Assembly: GCA_041917695.1 (NCBI GenBank) | Contig: JAYRXE010000037.1 | Location: 222,905-286,904 of the forward strand | DNA from: Minisyncoccota bacterium | Lineage (GTDB): Bacteria > Patescibacteriota > Minisyncoccia > UBA6257 > GWB1-50-10 | Length of the DNA: 64,000 bases | Direction: 5' to 3' | Shown: one piece after another, positions 27,889 to 36,173 of the stretch | How positions within the stretch are numbered: the stretch's first letter is position 1 | Layout of the letters: each line of letters opens with the position of its first letter | The notes under the pieces: generated by a model | The model's database searches: none | The model's input: the letters and a program-made list of their open reading frames with translations, nothing else | What the model was told of the DNA's origin: nothing | Translations under genes and position numbers: made by a program

Positions 27889-28533
27889 ATGAATTCACAA
27901 GAAAACCGTCGGGCTTTTGTTTGCCGCCTGGAGCGTTCCTTTTCGGAAAATGATAGGGAATCCATCATGTTTGCGTATGATCTCAGCAAATATGCGCATC
28001 GAGGCCATTTTAGGGAAGTGGGTCCGAGATATTTTGAGCACCCCCGAGAAATGTGCCTTATCGTGTTGGATGAGCTCAAAGTCGTCGACCGCGACGCCTT
28101 AATAGCTATATTCATACATGATGTCGGCGAAGATGTTGGCTTGTTTGGGAACATCAAGGAATTGCCCTATGAAAAATTTGAAGCAGTCTATAAGGGACGT
28201 GTTTCAAAAATTTTCGGCGAGGATATAGCTCAGCGAGGACTTGCTTTGATAAAGCCAGAAGTTGATAATCTTCGTTTTCTTTCGAAGGAGGAAGCAATGG
28301 AATTTTACATTGCCCGCCTACTCAAAGATAGGAAGGCTTGCTGGTTAAAAATGGTTGATGTATTGCACAACCTTCGTTCATCCGTCCAATTCTCACTGTC
28401 CAGAAAAAAATGGGCAATAAGGAAGTACTGCGGAAAATACCGCGATATTCTTGAGGAGGGAAGGAAATACGATTCTGGCGAAAAACTCTATGAACTCATC
28501 AATGTAGCTGCAAAAAGCCTACAGGAAGAATAG
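27889..28533 (+). CDS. HD-domain protein, RelA/SpoT-type hydrolase domain (small alarmone hydrolase-like).
   Basis: HRGHFREV...HPREM...IHDVGED...VDVLHNLRS matches the RSH hydrolase H..HD..ED..N pattern. GAGGT SD 6 nt before the ATG at 27889. In-frame alternatives are ATG 27850 and ATG 27877. Confidence 0.65.
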   Translation: MNSQENRRAFVCRLERSFSENDRESIMFAYDLSKYAHRGHFREVGPRYFEHPREMCLIVLDELKVVDRDALIAIFIHDVGEDVGLFGNIKELPYEKFEAVYKGRVSKIFGEDIAQRGLALIKPEVDNLRFLSKEEAMEFYIARLLKDRKACWLKMVDVLHNLRSSVQFSLSRKKWAIRKYCGKYRDILEEGRKYDSGEKLYELINVAAKSLQEE

Positions 28534-28548
28534 GGAATATGTATTATG

Positions 28549-28575
28549 AACCCCGCGCATGCGGGGTTTTTCTTT
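28549..28575 (+). terminator. Rho-independent terminator.
   Basis: aaccccgcgcatgcggggtttttc: perfect 7-bp GC stem plus T-run. Confidence 0.7.
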
Positions 28576-28597
28576 TGTAGTATCATGAATATATCCA

Positions 28598-29602
28598 ATG
28601 AAATTGGCCTTTTTTGAGCTTGAAGGGTGGGAAGCGGGAGCCCTCCAAAAGGAGTTTCCCGGCCACGAGCTTTTCTTCTCGCCGCTCCCGCTCCATGAAT
28701 ATTTTGGCGAGGACGTATCATTCGACGCGATTTCCGTTTTTGTGAATTCGAAGCTCGACAAAGCGACGCTTCTGCGGTTTCCGAAGTTGAAATTCATTTC
28801 GGCGCGGTGCACGGGCTATGACCACATCGACCTCGAGGCATGCAAGGAGCGCGGCATTGCCGTCTCCTACGTGCCGGGCTACGGCGACAATACCGTCGCA
28901 GAATTCGCTTTCGGCCTCATCTTGAATCTCACGCGGAAGATATACGACGCCATAGACGCGGTGAAGGAGAAGGATTCGTTCGACTTCAAAGGATTCCGCG
29001 GGACGGACCTGAAAGGCAAGACGCTCGGCGTCATCGGCACGGGACGCATCGGGAAGGAGGCCGTCCGTATCGCGAAAGGCTTTGGGATGAACGTGCTTGC
29101 CTTCGATATCCATCCGGACATGAAATTCGCCGCCGAGGCGGGGATCTCGTATGCGCCATTCGAGGAGCTGTTGAAACAATCGGATATTATCTCGCTCCAC
29201 GCCCCGCTTACGGCTGAAACGCGGCATATCATCAACATGCAAAATGCGGACCTCATCAAGCGGGGCGCGTACCTCGTAAACACCGCCCGCGGACCGCTCG
29301 TCGAAACCGACGCGCTCGTCTACGCGCTCCAGCGCGGCATTTTGAAGGGTGCGGCCCTTGACGTGCTTGAGGAAGAAGGCGACATGCGCGACGAAATGGC
29401 TTTTTTGAAGAAAGAGAAGGTCGCCGAAGGGGAATTGAAGACGGTGATGGAAAACCATATCCTGATGCGCATGCCGAACGTGCTCGTTACCCCGCATAAC
29501 GCTTTTAATTCCCAGGAAGCGCTTGAGCGGATACTCGCGACCACCATCCGGAACGTGAAGGGCTTTCTCGGCGGAAATTTGGAAAATACGGTACACTGTT
29601 AG
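28598..29602 (+). CDS. D-isomer-specific 2-hydroxyacid dehydrogenase (D-lactate dehydrogenase-like).
   Basis: GVIGTGRIGKEAVRIAKGFGM NAD motif, catalytic R/E/H arrangement (NTARGPLV, TPHNAF), 334 aa. Confidence 0.85.
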   Translation: MKLAFFELEGWEAGALQKEFPGHELFFSPLPLHEYFGEDVSFDAISVFVNSKLDKATLLRFPKLKFISARCTGYDHIDLEACKERGIAVSYVPGYGDNTVAEFAFGLILNLTRKIYDAIDAVKEKDSFDFKGFRGTDLKGKTLGVIGTGRIGKEAVRIAKGFGMNVLAFDIHPDMKFAAEAGISYAPFEELLKQSDIISLHAPLTAETRHIINMQNADLIKRGAYLVNTARGPLVETDALVYALQRGILKGAALDVLEEEGDMRDEMAFLKKEKVAEGELKTVMENHILMRMPNVLVTPHNAFNSQEALERILATTIRNVKGFLGGNLENTVHC

Positions 29603-29607
29603 CATCT

Positions 29608-30804
29608 ATGACGATAAAGGAATTGGAATTGCGGGAAATATTCGATTCGCGGGGTCGCTCGACCATCGAAGCCGCGCTTCACACGGGGAAGGGGATTTTC
29701 ACGGGAGCCGTACCGGCGGGGAAAAGCACCGGCTCGCGGGAGGCGGAGGTTTTTCCCTATCCGGCCGCCAAGAAAAGCGTGGCGCTCATCCGGAAGGCGC
29801 TTGCTGAAAAGGAATTCTCCTCCGTACGGGAGTTCGACGAAGCTTTGCGCGCCCTGGACGGGACGGAACGCAAGACGAAACTTGGGGGGAATGCCATGCT
29901 TGCCGTCTCCATCGCTTTTGCCCGCGCCCGCGCCGCTGAAAAAGGGATTTCGCTGTGGCTCCTCTTGCGCCGGGAATTTTTCCCCACCGCGAACGATGCG
30001 CGCCGTCCGTCGCTTTTTTCAAACCTCATAAACGGAGGCGCACACGCATCAAACGGCCTCGATATCCAGGAATACATGCTGGTCGTCCGCCCCGGCAAGA
30101 ATTATGCGGACGACGTGCGGCTTTTGATATCGCTCTACGAAGAGCTTGGGAAACTTTTGAAGAAGCGAGCGAAAGGGGCGTTGCCAATCGGGGATGAGGG
30201 GGGTTACGATGTCTCTTTCAAGGACAATTTCGAACCCATTGAAATCCTGGGGAAGCTCATCACCGCGAAAAAAATCGGAAAGAAATGCTCCATTGCGCTC
30301 GACGCGGCCGCTACCGAATTTTCATCCGGCAAAGGAAAGTACAAGCTCGGCGGGAAGGCATATGCGTCTTCCGCGCTCCTTGAAGAGTATGCTTCGTGGT
30401 TCAAGCGGTCGAAGCACCTGTGTTCCATCGAGGATCCCTTTGCGGAGAACGAGGACGAAGCGTTCGCCTTGCTCCAAAAGCGCTTGAAAGAAAAGTGGGT
30501 CGTTGCCGACGACCTGACCACCACGGACCCATCGCGCATCCGCATGCTCGGCGAACGGAAGGCCATCGGGGGCGTTATCGTGAAGCCTAACCAGATTGGC
30601 ACGGTCTCTGAAAGCTGTGATGCGATCACCGAAGCGCGCGCGAAGGGCGTCCGCGTTATCGTTTCGCACCGTTCCGGCGAGACCGAGGATGCGTTCATCA
30701 TTTCGCTTGCCCGCGCATCCGCCGCTGATGGCGTGAAGATCGGCGCGCCGGCCCGCGAGCGCGTTTCAAAGTTCAACGAACTCATCCGTCTCTACGGGGA
30801 ATAG
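29608..30804 (+). CDS. eno: Enolase (phosphopyruvate hydratase).
   Basis: EIFDSRGRSTIEA and SHRSGETED motifs, KIGAPARERVSKFNELIRL C-terminus, 398 aa. Confidence 0.9.
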   Translation: MTIKELELREIFDSRGRSTIEAALHTGKGIFTGAVPAGKSTGSREAEVFPYPAAKKSVALIRKALAEKEFSSVREFDEALRALDGTERKTKLGGNAMLAVSIAFARARAAEKGISLWLLLRREFFPTANDARRPSLFSNLINGGAHASNGLDIQEYMLVVRPGKNYADDVRLLISLYEELGKLLKKRAKGALPIGDEGGYDVSFKDNFEPIEILGKLITAKKIGKKCSIALDAAATEFSSGKGKYKLGGKAYASSALLEEYASWFKRSKHLCSIEDPFAENEDEAFALLQKRLKEKWVVADDLTTTDPSRIRMLGERKAIGGVIVKPNQIGTVSESCDAITEARAKGVRVIVSHRSGETEDAFIISLARASAADGVKIGAPARERVSKFNELIRLYGE

Positions 30805-30815
30805 AAGACAGAACG

Positions 30816-31541
30816 TTGAAAGAAGAACATACAAAGAAAACAGGAGCGCTCATCGTGCTCCATGCCGAAAAAGATTTTGTCGCGGTCGGGAAGCCCGCGG
30901 GCGTTTTGACGCACCGCACGCCGCATTCGGAAGGAGCGACGCTTGCCGACCTCGTGGCGGAAAAATACCCCGAAATCCGGAAGGTGGGGGATGAGCCTTC
31001 GCTTCGTCCCGGCGTCGTGCATCGCCTCGACAAGGACACCTCGGGTGTCATTCTCTTCGCGCGCAATCAGCCTGCATTCGAGTATTTGAAGAAATGCTTC
31101 CAGGAAGGACGGGTGCGGAAAACCTATCTCGCGCTCGTATGGGGAAAGACGAAGGAACGGGGGATCGTTGATGCGCCGATCGGCTTGAGGTCCGGAAGCG
31201 TGCGCCGGAGCGTGCTTGCGAAGAATATGAAGATGGTAAAGCCCGCGCATACCGAATACGAGACTATGCGGCATTTCACGTACGAAGGAGAAGATTTCTC
31301 GCTTCTCTACGTCTATCCGAAAACGGGACGGACGCACCAGATCCGCGTGCATATGGCGCATATCGGCCACGGCCTCGTGGGGGACCCGCTGTATATGAAG
31401 CGGAAAAATCCATTCGGCCTCGCGCGGCAGTTTCTCCATGCCGAAAAGGTGGAATTTCAGAGTCCTACGGGGAAGCGCGTATCCATCCAGGCCGATTTAC
31501 CCCCTGATTTGAAGGCGGTTTTAAGCCTATTGACAAATTAG
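30816..31541 (+). CDS. RluA-family pseudouridine synthase.
   Basis: HRLDKDTSGVILFA with catalytic Asp, GRTHQIRVH. Confidence 0.85.
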   Translation: MKEEHTKKTGALIVLHAEKDFVAVGKPAGVLTHRTPHSEGATLADLVAEKYPEIRKVGDEPSLRPGVVHRLDKDTSGVILFARNQPAFEYLKKCFQEGRVRKTYLALVWGKTKERGIVDAPIGLRSGSVRRSVLAKNMKMVKPAHTEYETMRHFTYEGEDFSLLYVYPKTGRTHQIRVHMAHIGHGLVGDPLYMKRKNPFGLARQFLHAEKVEFQSPTGKRVSIQADLPPDLKAVLSLLTN

Positions 31542-31557
31542 AGGTTTATGTTATAAT
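31530..31557 (+). promoter_or_regulatory. Perfect-consensus sigma70 promoter (TTGACA-N16-TATAAT).
   Basis: TTGACA at 31530-31535, TATAAT at 31552-31557. Confidence 0.55.
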
Positions 31558-31564
31558 TAAAACA

Positions 31565-31780
31565 GTAACTTGAGAGATCGGTTATTCGCAACGGCCTGGG
31601 TCGTTGTAGGGAGAAAATTGGGTGCAACTCCGCCCATCACGCGCAGAGAGATAAATATAAACCGATAAAAAAATCCTGAAGGAGGAAAAAATGCGGCAAT
31701 TTCTTTAAATGAATGAACCTCAGATGGCAGCAAATTGAAACCTATCAAAAAACCGCCCACAACGGGCGGCTTTTGTTTTT
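31565..31780 (+). ncRNA. Candidate small RNA or sORF transcript of about 215 nt, between a consensus promoter and a bidirectional terminator.
   Basis: No long ORF. Contains a strong SD (AGGAGG-N7-ATG) ahead of a 5-codon ORF (MRQFL*) and a second 9-codon ORF (MNEPQMAAN*). No plus-strand gene downstream. Confidence 0.3.
31747..31780. terminator. Bidirectional rho-independent terminator.
   Basis: aaaaaaccgcccacaacgggcggcttttgttttt. It serves the candidate RNA on the plus strand and the 31791..32267 gene on the minus strand. Confidence 0.7.
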
Positions 31781-31790
31781 CCGGAAAAAT

Positions 31791-32267
31791 TTAGGCGGCT
31801 ATCTTCGGTTCGCTTGCAGGAGGCTTTTCTTCCGTTTGTTTCTCTGTTTTTTGCTGACGTAATTTCGTCGCCGAGTTCAGATTCATGATGAGTCGTTTCT
31901 CGTCTTCATCAAGAGCGTCAAATTCCGCTTTTGAAAGCTTCACCATGCCGTTTCCAAAGCGCTGTTTCAAGACCGCGACGGTCGCTTTGAGGTCCATCTG
32001 GTTTACCTGGTCGGTTTCGTCCGGAAGCTCGTTAATGAGATCCATGTCGAAGAACCATTCGCCCGGGACGCTTTCGTAGGGGAATCGCGATACCTTTGCA
32101 TCCGTCATCTGCTCAGAGGGGGTCTTTGATTTTTCCTCCGCTTCCTTCAGCCGGGTCTCGTCGCTTTCGAGTATCGCTTCATCGCCCATCTCCGAACTGC
32201 CGATGACGGGACGATTGTCCGCCCGCCCGGCATATTCGTTGTTGTTTTGAAATCCTGGTTTTTCCAT
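31791..32267 (-). CDS. Hypothetical acidic protein.
   Basis: 158-aa ORF. D/E-rich C-terminal half. Confidence 0.5.
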   Translation of the reverse strand: MEKPGFQNNNEYAGRADNRPVIGSSEMGDEAILESDETRLKEAEEKSKTPSEQMTDAKVSRFPYESVPGEWFFDMDLINELPDETDQVNQMDLKATVAVLKQRFGNGMVKLSKAEFDALDEDEKRLIMNLNSATKLRQQKTEKQTEEKPPASEPKIAA

Positions 32268-32327
32268 TGTGTTTAGTTCTGCCTGCGACCTTTTTCTTCA
32301 GTGTAATTTCTTTGTTCTGAATGGCAA

Positions 32328-32576
32328 CTAAAACAGGTTGCCGGCGAAATTCTTCGCCAAATGGCGCTGGATCTTCTCGCGCGCGGCGTTTATCGCCCGT
32401 TTTACCGCTTCTTCCTGGGCGGGCAGGGCGAGGTCGGGGTTTAAGGCGAGCTCAAGCACTTCAAACGCCCCGTTCATCTTCACCCGCACGCCCGATTCCT
32501 CGTGCTCCAGCGTTTCGCTCTTTATCTTTTTCTGCAATTCCTGAAGTTCCTTCAATTGTTTTAATTTATCGAACAT
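32328..32576 (-). CDS. ybaB: YbaB/EbfC-family nucleoid-associated protein.
   Basis: 82 aa. MFDKLKQLKELQ..KMNGAFEVLELALNPDL..AINAAREKIQ fits the YbaB pattern. Confidence 0.7.
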   Translation of the reverse strand: MFDKLKQLKELQELQKKIKSETLEHEESGVRVKMNGAFEVLELALNPDLALPAQEEAVKRAINAAREKIQRHLAKNFAGNLF

Positions 32577-32603
32577 GCGCCCATTGTACCGTGCGGGAGC
32601 GGG

Positions 32604-32628
32604 AAGGCAAATAAAAACCCCGTTATAT
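32604..32628. terminator. Terminator hairpin.
   Basis: aaaaccccgttatatgcggggttttg. Confidence 0.5.
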
Positions 32629-33039
32629 GCGGGGTTTTGTTGCGTGTATTTCGCAGGTGAAAAGATAATTGGTTCCGCGCCCGTCCACGCGCGAGATTTT
32701 CAGGTCAACGCCGCGTTTTTCGGCGTCTTCGCATATCTTTTGGATGCGTTTGTCTGAGGCGTGCGCCCCGTCGTCGCTCACGATGATGCAGGCCTTTCCT
32801 TTCCGCGGGAAGACTTTTATCGCTATCGCGCCTCCGCGCGGAGCTGAAGCGAGGGAAGCGGTAAGCGAATCTTTCAAGGAATGATAGAGCGAACCGTTCA
32901 CGCTTTTTACCATGACGGTTTTTGATGCATCCAAAAGCGAATGCTGCGTGATGGTCACTTCTTTTTCGGCTGCGAGCGCCTCCGATTCTTTTATGAGAGC
33001 GTTCACGGTGTGTGCGAGCGATGTTGCCTTGGTGGGCAT
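32623..33039 (-). CDS. Stand-alone histidine-kinase-like ATPase (HATPase_c) domain protein. Possibly a remnant.
   Basis: GGAIAIKVFPRKGKACIIVSDDGAHASD..GTNYLFTCEIH resembles HK G1/G2 boxes. No DHp or His box. 138 aa. Confidence 0.4.
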   Translation of the reverse strand: MPTKATSLAHTVNALIKESEALAAEKEVTITQHSLLDASKTVMVKSVNGSLYHSLKDSLTASLASAPRGGAIAIKVFPRKGKACIIVSDDGAHASDKRIQKICEDAEKRGVDLKISRVDGRGTNYLFTCEIHATKPRI

Positions 33040-33136
33040 AGGCCTTCCTCCGTTAAATTATTTAGATTCTGCCTTATCTATAAGCGCGATGGGGCGTTTC
33101 GTCAATATTTTTTATGAAAAACATTATAATGAATAC

Positions 33137-33604
33137 ATGGTTCTCTATATCGGCGCCGACCATCGGGGCTATGAATTGAAAGAAGGGCTGAAGCGGTTCC
33201 TTTCCGAGAAGGGATACCAAGTCGAGGATTGCGGAAATCTCCGGCGCGAGGAAGGGGACGCATATCCCGTTTTCGCGCGCGCCGTCGCCCAAAAAGTCAT
33301 TTCGAATTACGTAAATTCCCGCGGCATCCTTATTTGCGGTTCGGGAGCCGGCATGGAAATCGCGGCGAATAAATTCAAAAGCATCCGCGCGTCCGTGGTC
33401 ATGAATCCGAACCATGCGTTCGACGTGCGGAACGACGACGACACGAATGTGCTGGTCCTTGCCGCCGATTACACCCCCCTTGAGACCGCAAAGAAAATTC
33501 TCGTTACCTGGCTTGAGACGCCTTTTTCCCATGAGCCGAAGCATGCGGAGCGTATCCAGCATATCGACCGCATCGAGGAAGAAACCATGAAAGATGTGGG
33601 CTGA
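33137..33604 (+). CDS. rpiB: Ribose-5-phosphate isomerase B.
   Basis: MVLYIGADHRGYELKE, ICGSGAGMEIAANK. TATAAT at 33124-33129 only 7 nt before the ATG, suggesting a leaderless-like transcript. The upstream part of ORF 32912.. is antisense to the HATPase gene. Confidence 0.85.
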   Translation: MVLYIGADHRGYELKEGLKRFLSEKGYQVEDCGNLRREEGDAYPVFARAVAQKVISNYVNSRGILICGSGAGMEIAANKFKSIRASVVMNPNHAFDVRNDDDTNVLVLAADYTPLETAKKILVTWLETPFSHEPKHAERIQHIDRIEEETMKDVG

Positions 33605-34295
33605 TTTCCTCCCTTTTCTCCGCCGCGCCCGATCACCGCGCATTTTGCCGGTCATTCCCGCTTTCAATTCGCCCGATTTTTCGATTATCGAATCCCGATT
33701 CGCAACGCTCAAAAATCTGCATATCACGCACGCGCACGTGGACGTTTCGGACGGAAAATTTTCGCCCGCCTCGCTTTTCCCGTCGCCCAGCGACGCATCC
33801 CGCTTCGAGCGTTTCGCCAAGGATTTTTTTATTGAAGCGCATCTGATGGTGGAAGACCCCCGGTCCTTTGCCGAAAGCTGGATTGCCGCCGGTGCGCGGC
33901 GCGTCGTCATGCACGTGGAGAAGATGCCGCTCAAGGAGTTCGCCGAATTCTTTTTTGCGTTTAAACGGAGGCATCCCCGCGCCGAACTTGGCGCCGCCCT
34001 CCTGCCGGAAACCGATCCCGAATACGCCATTCCCTATATCGCCATTTGCGGATATGCGCTCGTCCTTGCCGTCCCTCCCGGTTTTTCGGGGCAGACGTTC
34101 CGGGAGCATTCGCTTGAGACGATCGAAGAGATACGCCGCGCGGTCCCGTCGGCGGTCATCGAGGTGGACGGCGGATTGAACGCGGAAACCGCGGTGCGTG
34201 TGAAGCGGGCAGGCGCATCCGTGCTTGTTTCGGGTTCGTATCTTTTCGATGCGGATAATTTTGCGGGCCGGTATCGCGCGCTCGTGGAAGCCTGA
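33594..34295 (+). CDS. rpe: Ribulose-phosphate 3-epimerase.
   Basis: SPDFSI, HVDVSDGKF, MVEDP, IEVDGGLN motifs. The start is uncertain: ATG 33594 overlaps rpiB by 11 nt. Confidence 0.8.
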   Translation: MWADFLPFLRRARSPRILPVIPAFNSPDFSIIESRFATLKNLHITHAHVDVSDGKFSPASLFPSPSDASRFERFAKDFFIEAHLMVEDPRSFAESWIAAGARRVVMHVEKMPLKEFAEFFFAFKRRHPRAELGAALLPETDPEYAIPYIAICGYALVLAVPPGFSGQTFREHSLETIEEIRRAVPSAVIEVDGGLNAETAVRVKRAGASVLVSGSYLFDADNFAGRYRALVEA

Positions 34296-34323
34296 CGGCG
34301 CAAAACCTGTTAAGATATAAAAA

Positions 34324-35184
34324 ATGGAAGCGCTTACCGAGAAAAAATTGCGGAGCCTTGAAGCGTCCGCCGAAAAGATCCGCGAGCATGTGATTGAGAT
34401 GCTGTTGCGCGCCGGTTCCGGGCATGCCGCCGGTTCGCTCGGAACGGCTGATATTTTTTCGGCGCTCTATTTCCACATTCTCCGCCACAACCCGAAACGG
34501 CCACAATGGGATGCCCGCGACCGCTTCGTGCTTTCCGCCGGGCATATTTGCCCGGCGCAATATGCCGCCCTCGCCCTCGCAGGGTATTTCCCAATCGAGA
34601 AACTGAAGAGCTTGCGGGCGGTCGGTTCGCCGCTCCAGGGGCATCCGCACCGCGGAAGCCTGCCGGGCGTGGAGACGACATCGGGGCCCTTGGGTTCCGG
34701 CCTTGCGCAGGCGGTCGGCATGGCGCTCGCGGCGCGTCTCAACGGCGCGCCGTGGCGCGTCTATTGCCTTACCTCCGACGGCGAGCACAACGAGGGGAAT
34801 CATTGGGAAGCCGTTATGGCCGCCGCCAAATACCGGCTGTCGAACCTCACCGTCATCGTCGATCGGAATTTCATCCAGATAGACGGGACGACCGAACGGG
34901 TGATGCCGCTCGAATCGTTGAAGGAAAAATACGAGGCCTTCAAATGGCACGCCGTCGAGACCGACGGGAACGACGTCCGGAGCCTCATCGGTGCCGTCCG
35001 CGAGGCGGAAGTGATGCACGAACGGCCGACGGCAATCATCGCAAAAACCATTCCAGGGAAGGGCGTCAGCTTCATGGAGCGGAACTATCTTTGGCACGGA
35101 AAAGCGCCCTCGCGCGAAGAAGCCGCAAAAGCGCTCCGCGAATTGCGCACCCTGCGCGGAAAAATATCATCCGACCTCGACTAA
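34324..35184 (+). CDS. Transketolase, N-terminal subunit (split tkt).
   Basis: SGHAAGSLG TPP-binding, GHP..G, LTSDGEHNEGNHWEA, 286 aa. Confidence 0.9.
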   Translation: MEALTEKKLRSLEASAEKIREHVIEMLLRAGSGHAAGSLGTADIFSALYFHILRHNPKRPQWDARDRFVLSAGHICPAQYAALALAGYFPIEKLKSLRAVGSPLQGHPHRGSLPGVETTSGPLGSGLAQAVGMALAARLNGAPWRVYCLTSDGEHNEGNHWEAVMAAAKYRLSNLTVIVDRNFIQIDGTTERVMPLESLKEKYEAFKWHAVETDGNDVRSLIGAVREAEVMHERPTAIIAKTIPGKGVSFMERNYLWHGKAPSREEAAKALRELRTLRGKISSDLD

Positions 35185-35185
35185 C

Positions 35186-36172
35186 ATGTTAAATCCGGAA
35201 CTTCACTTGAATCCCGAATGGCGTTCCTCGAAGGAGCGCCCGATACGCGACGGTTTCGGCGACGGTTTCCTTGAGGTCGCGCGGGCGAATGAACGCGTCG
35301 TCGGCCTTACCGCCGACCTCACGGAATCGACGCGAATGGAAGCGTTCGCGCGCGAATTCCCCGAACGATTTTTCGAGCTCGGCGTCGCGGAACAAAATCT
35401 CGTAACGATCGCTTCCGGCCTTGCGGTTTCGGGGAAAATTCCCTATGCCGCCTCCTATGCGGCATTTTCACCGGGGCGTACCTGGGAGCAAATTCGTACG
35501 GTGATTGCCTATAACAATGCGAACGTGAAGCTTGTGGGGAGCCATGCGGGATTGTCCGTCGGGCCGGACGGAGCGACGCATCAGGCGCTTGAAGACATTG
35601 CGCTTATGCGCGTCATCCCGAACATGAGCGTTTTTTCCCCGTGCGACGCGGAAGAGGCGCGCAAGGCGGCCCGTGCGGTCGCGCATCTCGACGGCCCCGC
35701 ATATCTGCGCCTTGCCCGCGAAAAAAGCCCGTGCATCACGACCGAAAAAACGCCGTTCACGCCGGGTACCATCGAAGCGTTTTGGATTTCCGAACGGCCG
35801 CATGCGGCAATTTGCGCAACTGGCATTGCTCTCTCTGCCGCGCTCGCGGCGGCGGCGGATTTGGAGGCGGACGGGGTCCGCACGGTGGTGCTCAATATTT
35901 CATCCATAAAGCCCTTTGACGGGAAAGCGGTTCTCTCGGCGGCGAAAAAGGCGGGATGCGTCGTTACCGTCGAGGATCACCAGATTGCCGGCGGGATGGG
36001 AAGCGTTATTGCCGAATGGCTCGCGCAGAAATTTCCCGTTCCCGTCGAATTCGTGGGGATGCGGGATTCGTTCGGCGAATCCGGCTCGCCGAAGGAATTA
36101 TATGAAAAATACGGCATCACCTCCGCCGCGATTTGCGATGCCGTCATGAAAGCGATACAACGAAAGGGATAA
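35186..36172 (+). CDS. Transketolase, C-terminal subunit (split tkt).
   Basis: Pyrimidine-binding and C-terminal domains (GVAEQN, GPDGATHQALEDIA), 328 aa. Confidence 0.9.
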   Translation: MLNPELHLNPEWRSSKERPIRDGFGDGFLEVARANERVVGLTADLTESTRMEAFAREFPERFFELGVAEQNLVTIASGLAVSGKIPYAASYAAFSPGRTWEQIRTVIAYNNANVKLVGSHAGLSVGPDGATHQALEDIALMRVIPNMSVFSPCDAEEARKAARAVAHLDGPAYLRLAREKSPCITTEKTPFTPGTIEAFWISERPHAAICATGIALSAALAAAADLEADGVRTVVLNISSIKPFDGKAVLSAAKKAGCVVTVEDHQIAGGMGSVIAEWLAQKFPVPVEFVGMRDSFGESGSPKELYEKYGITSAAICDAVMKAIQRKG

Positions 36173-36173
36173 T

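Noticed and set aside
31695-31740. Mini-ORF ...MAAN* in the candidate sRNA, considered as a possible tmRNA tag-peptide frame.
   Set aside because: There is no tRNA-like acceptor/T-arm (GGTTCGA..CCA) and no ...ALAA-type tag. The locus is too short (about 215 nt) for tmRNA.
33074-35097. Long minus-strand ORFs (318 and 313 aa) across rpiB/rpe/tkt.
   Set aside because: They are antisense to strongly supported pentose-phosphate genes and have R/G/A-rich low-complexity translations.
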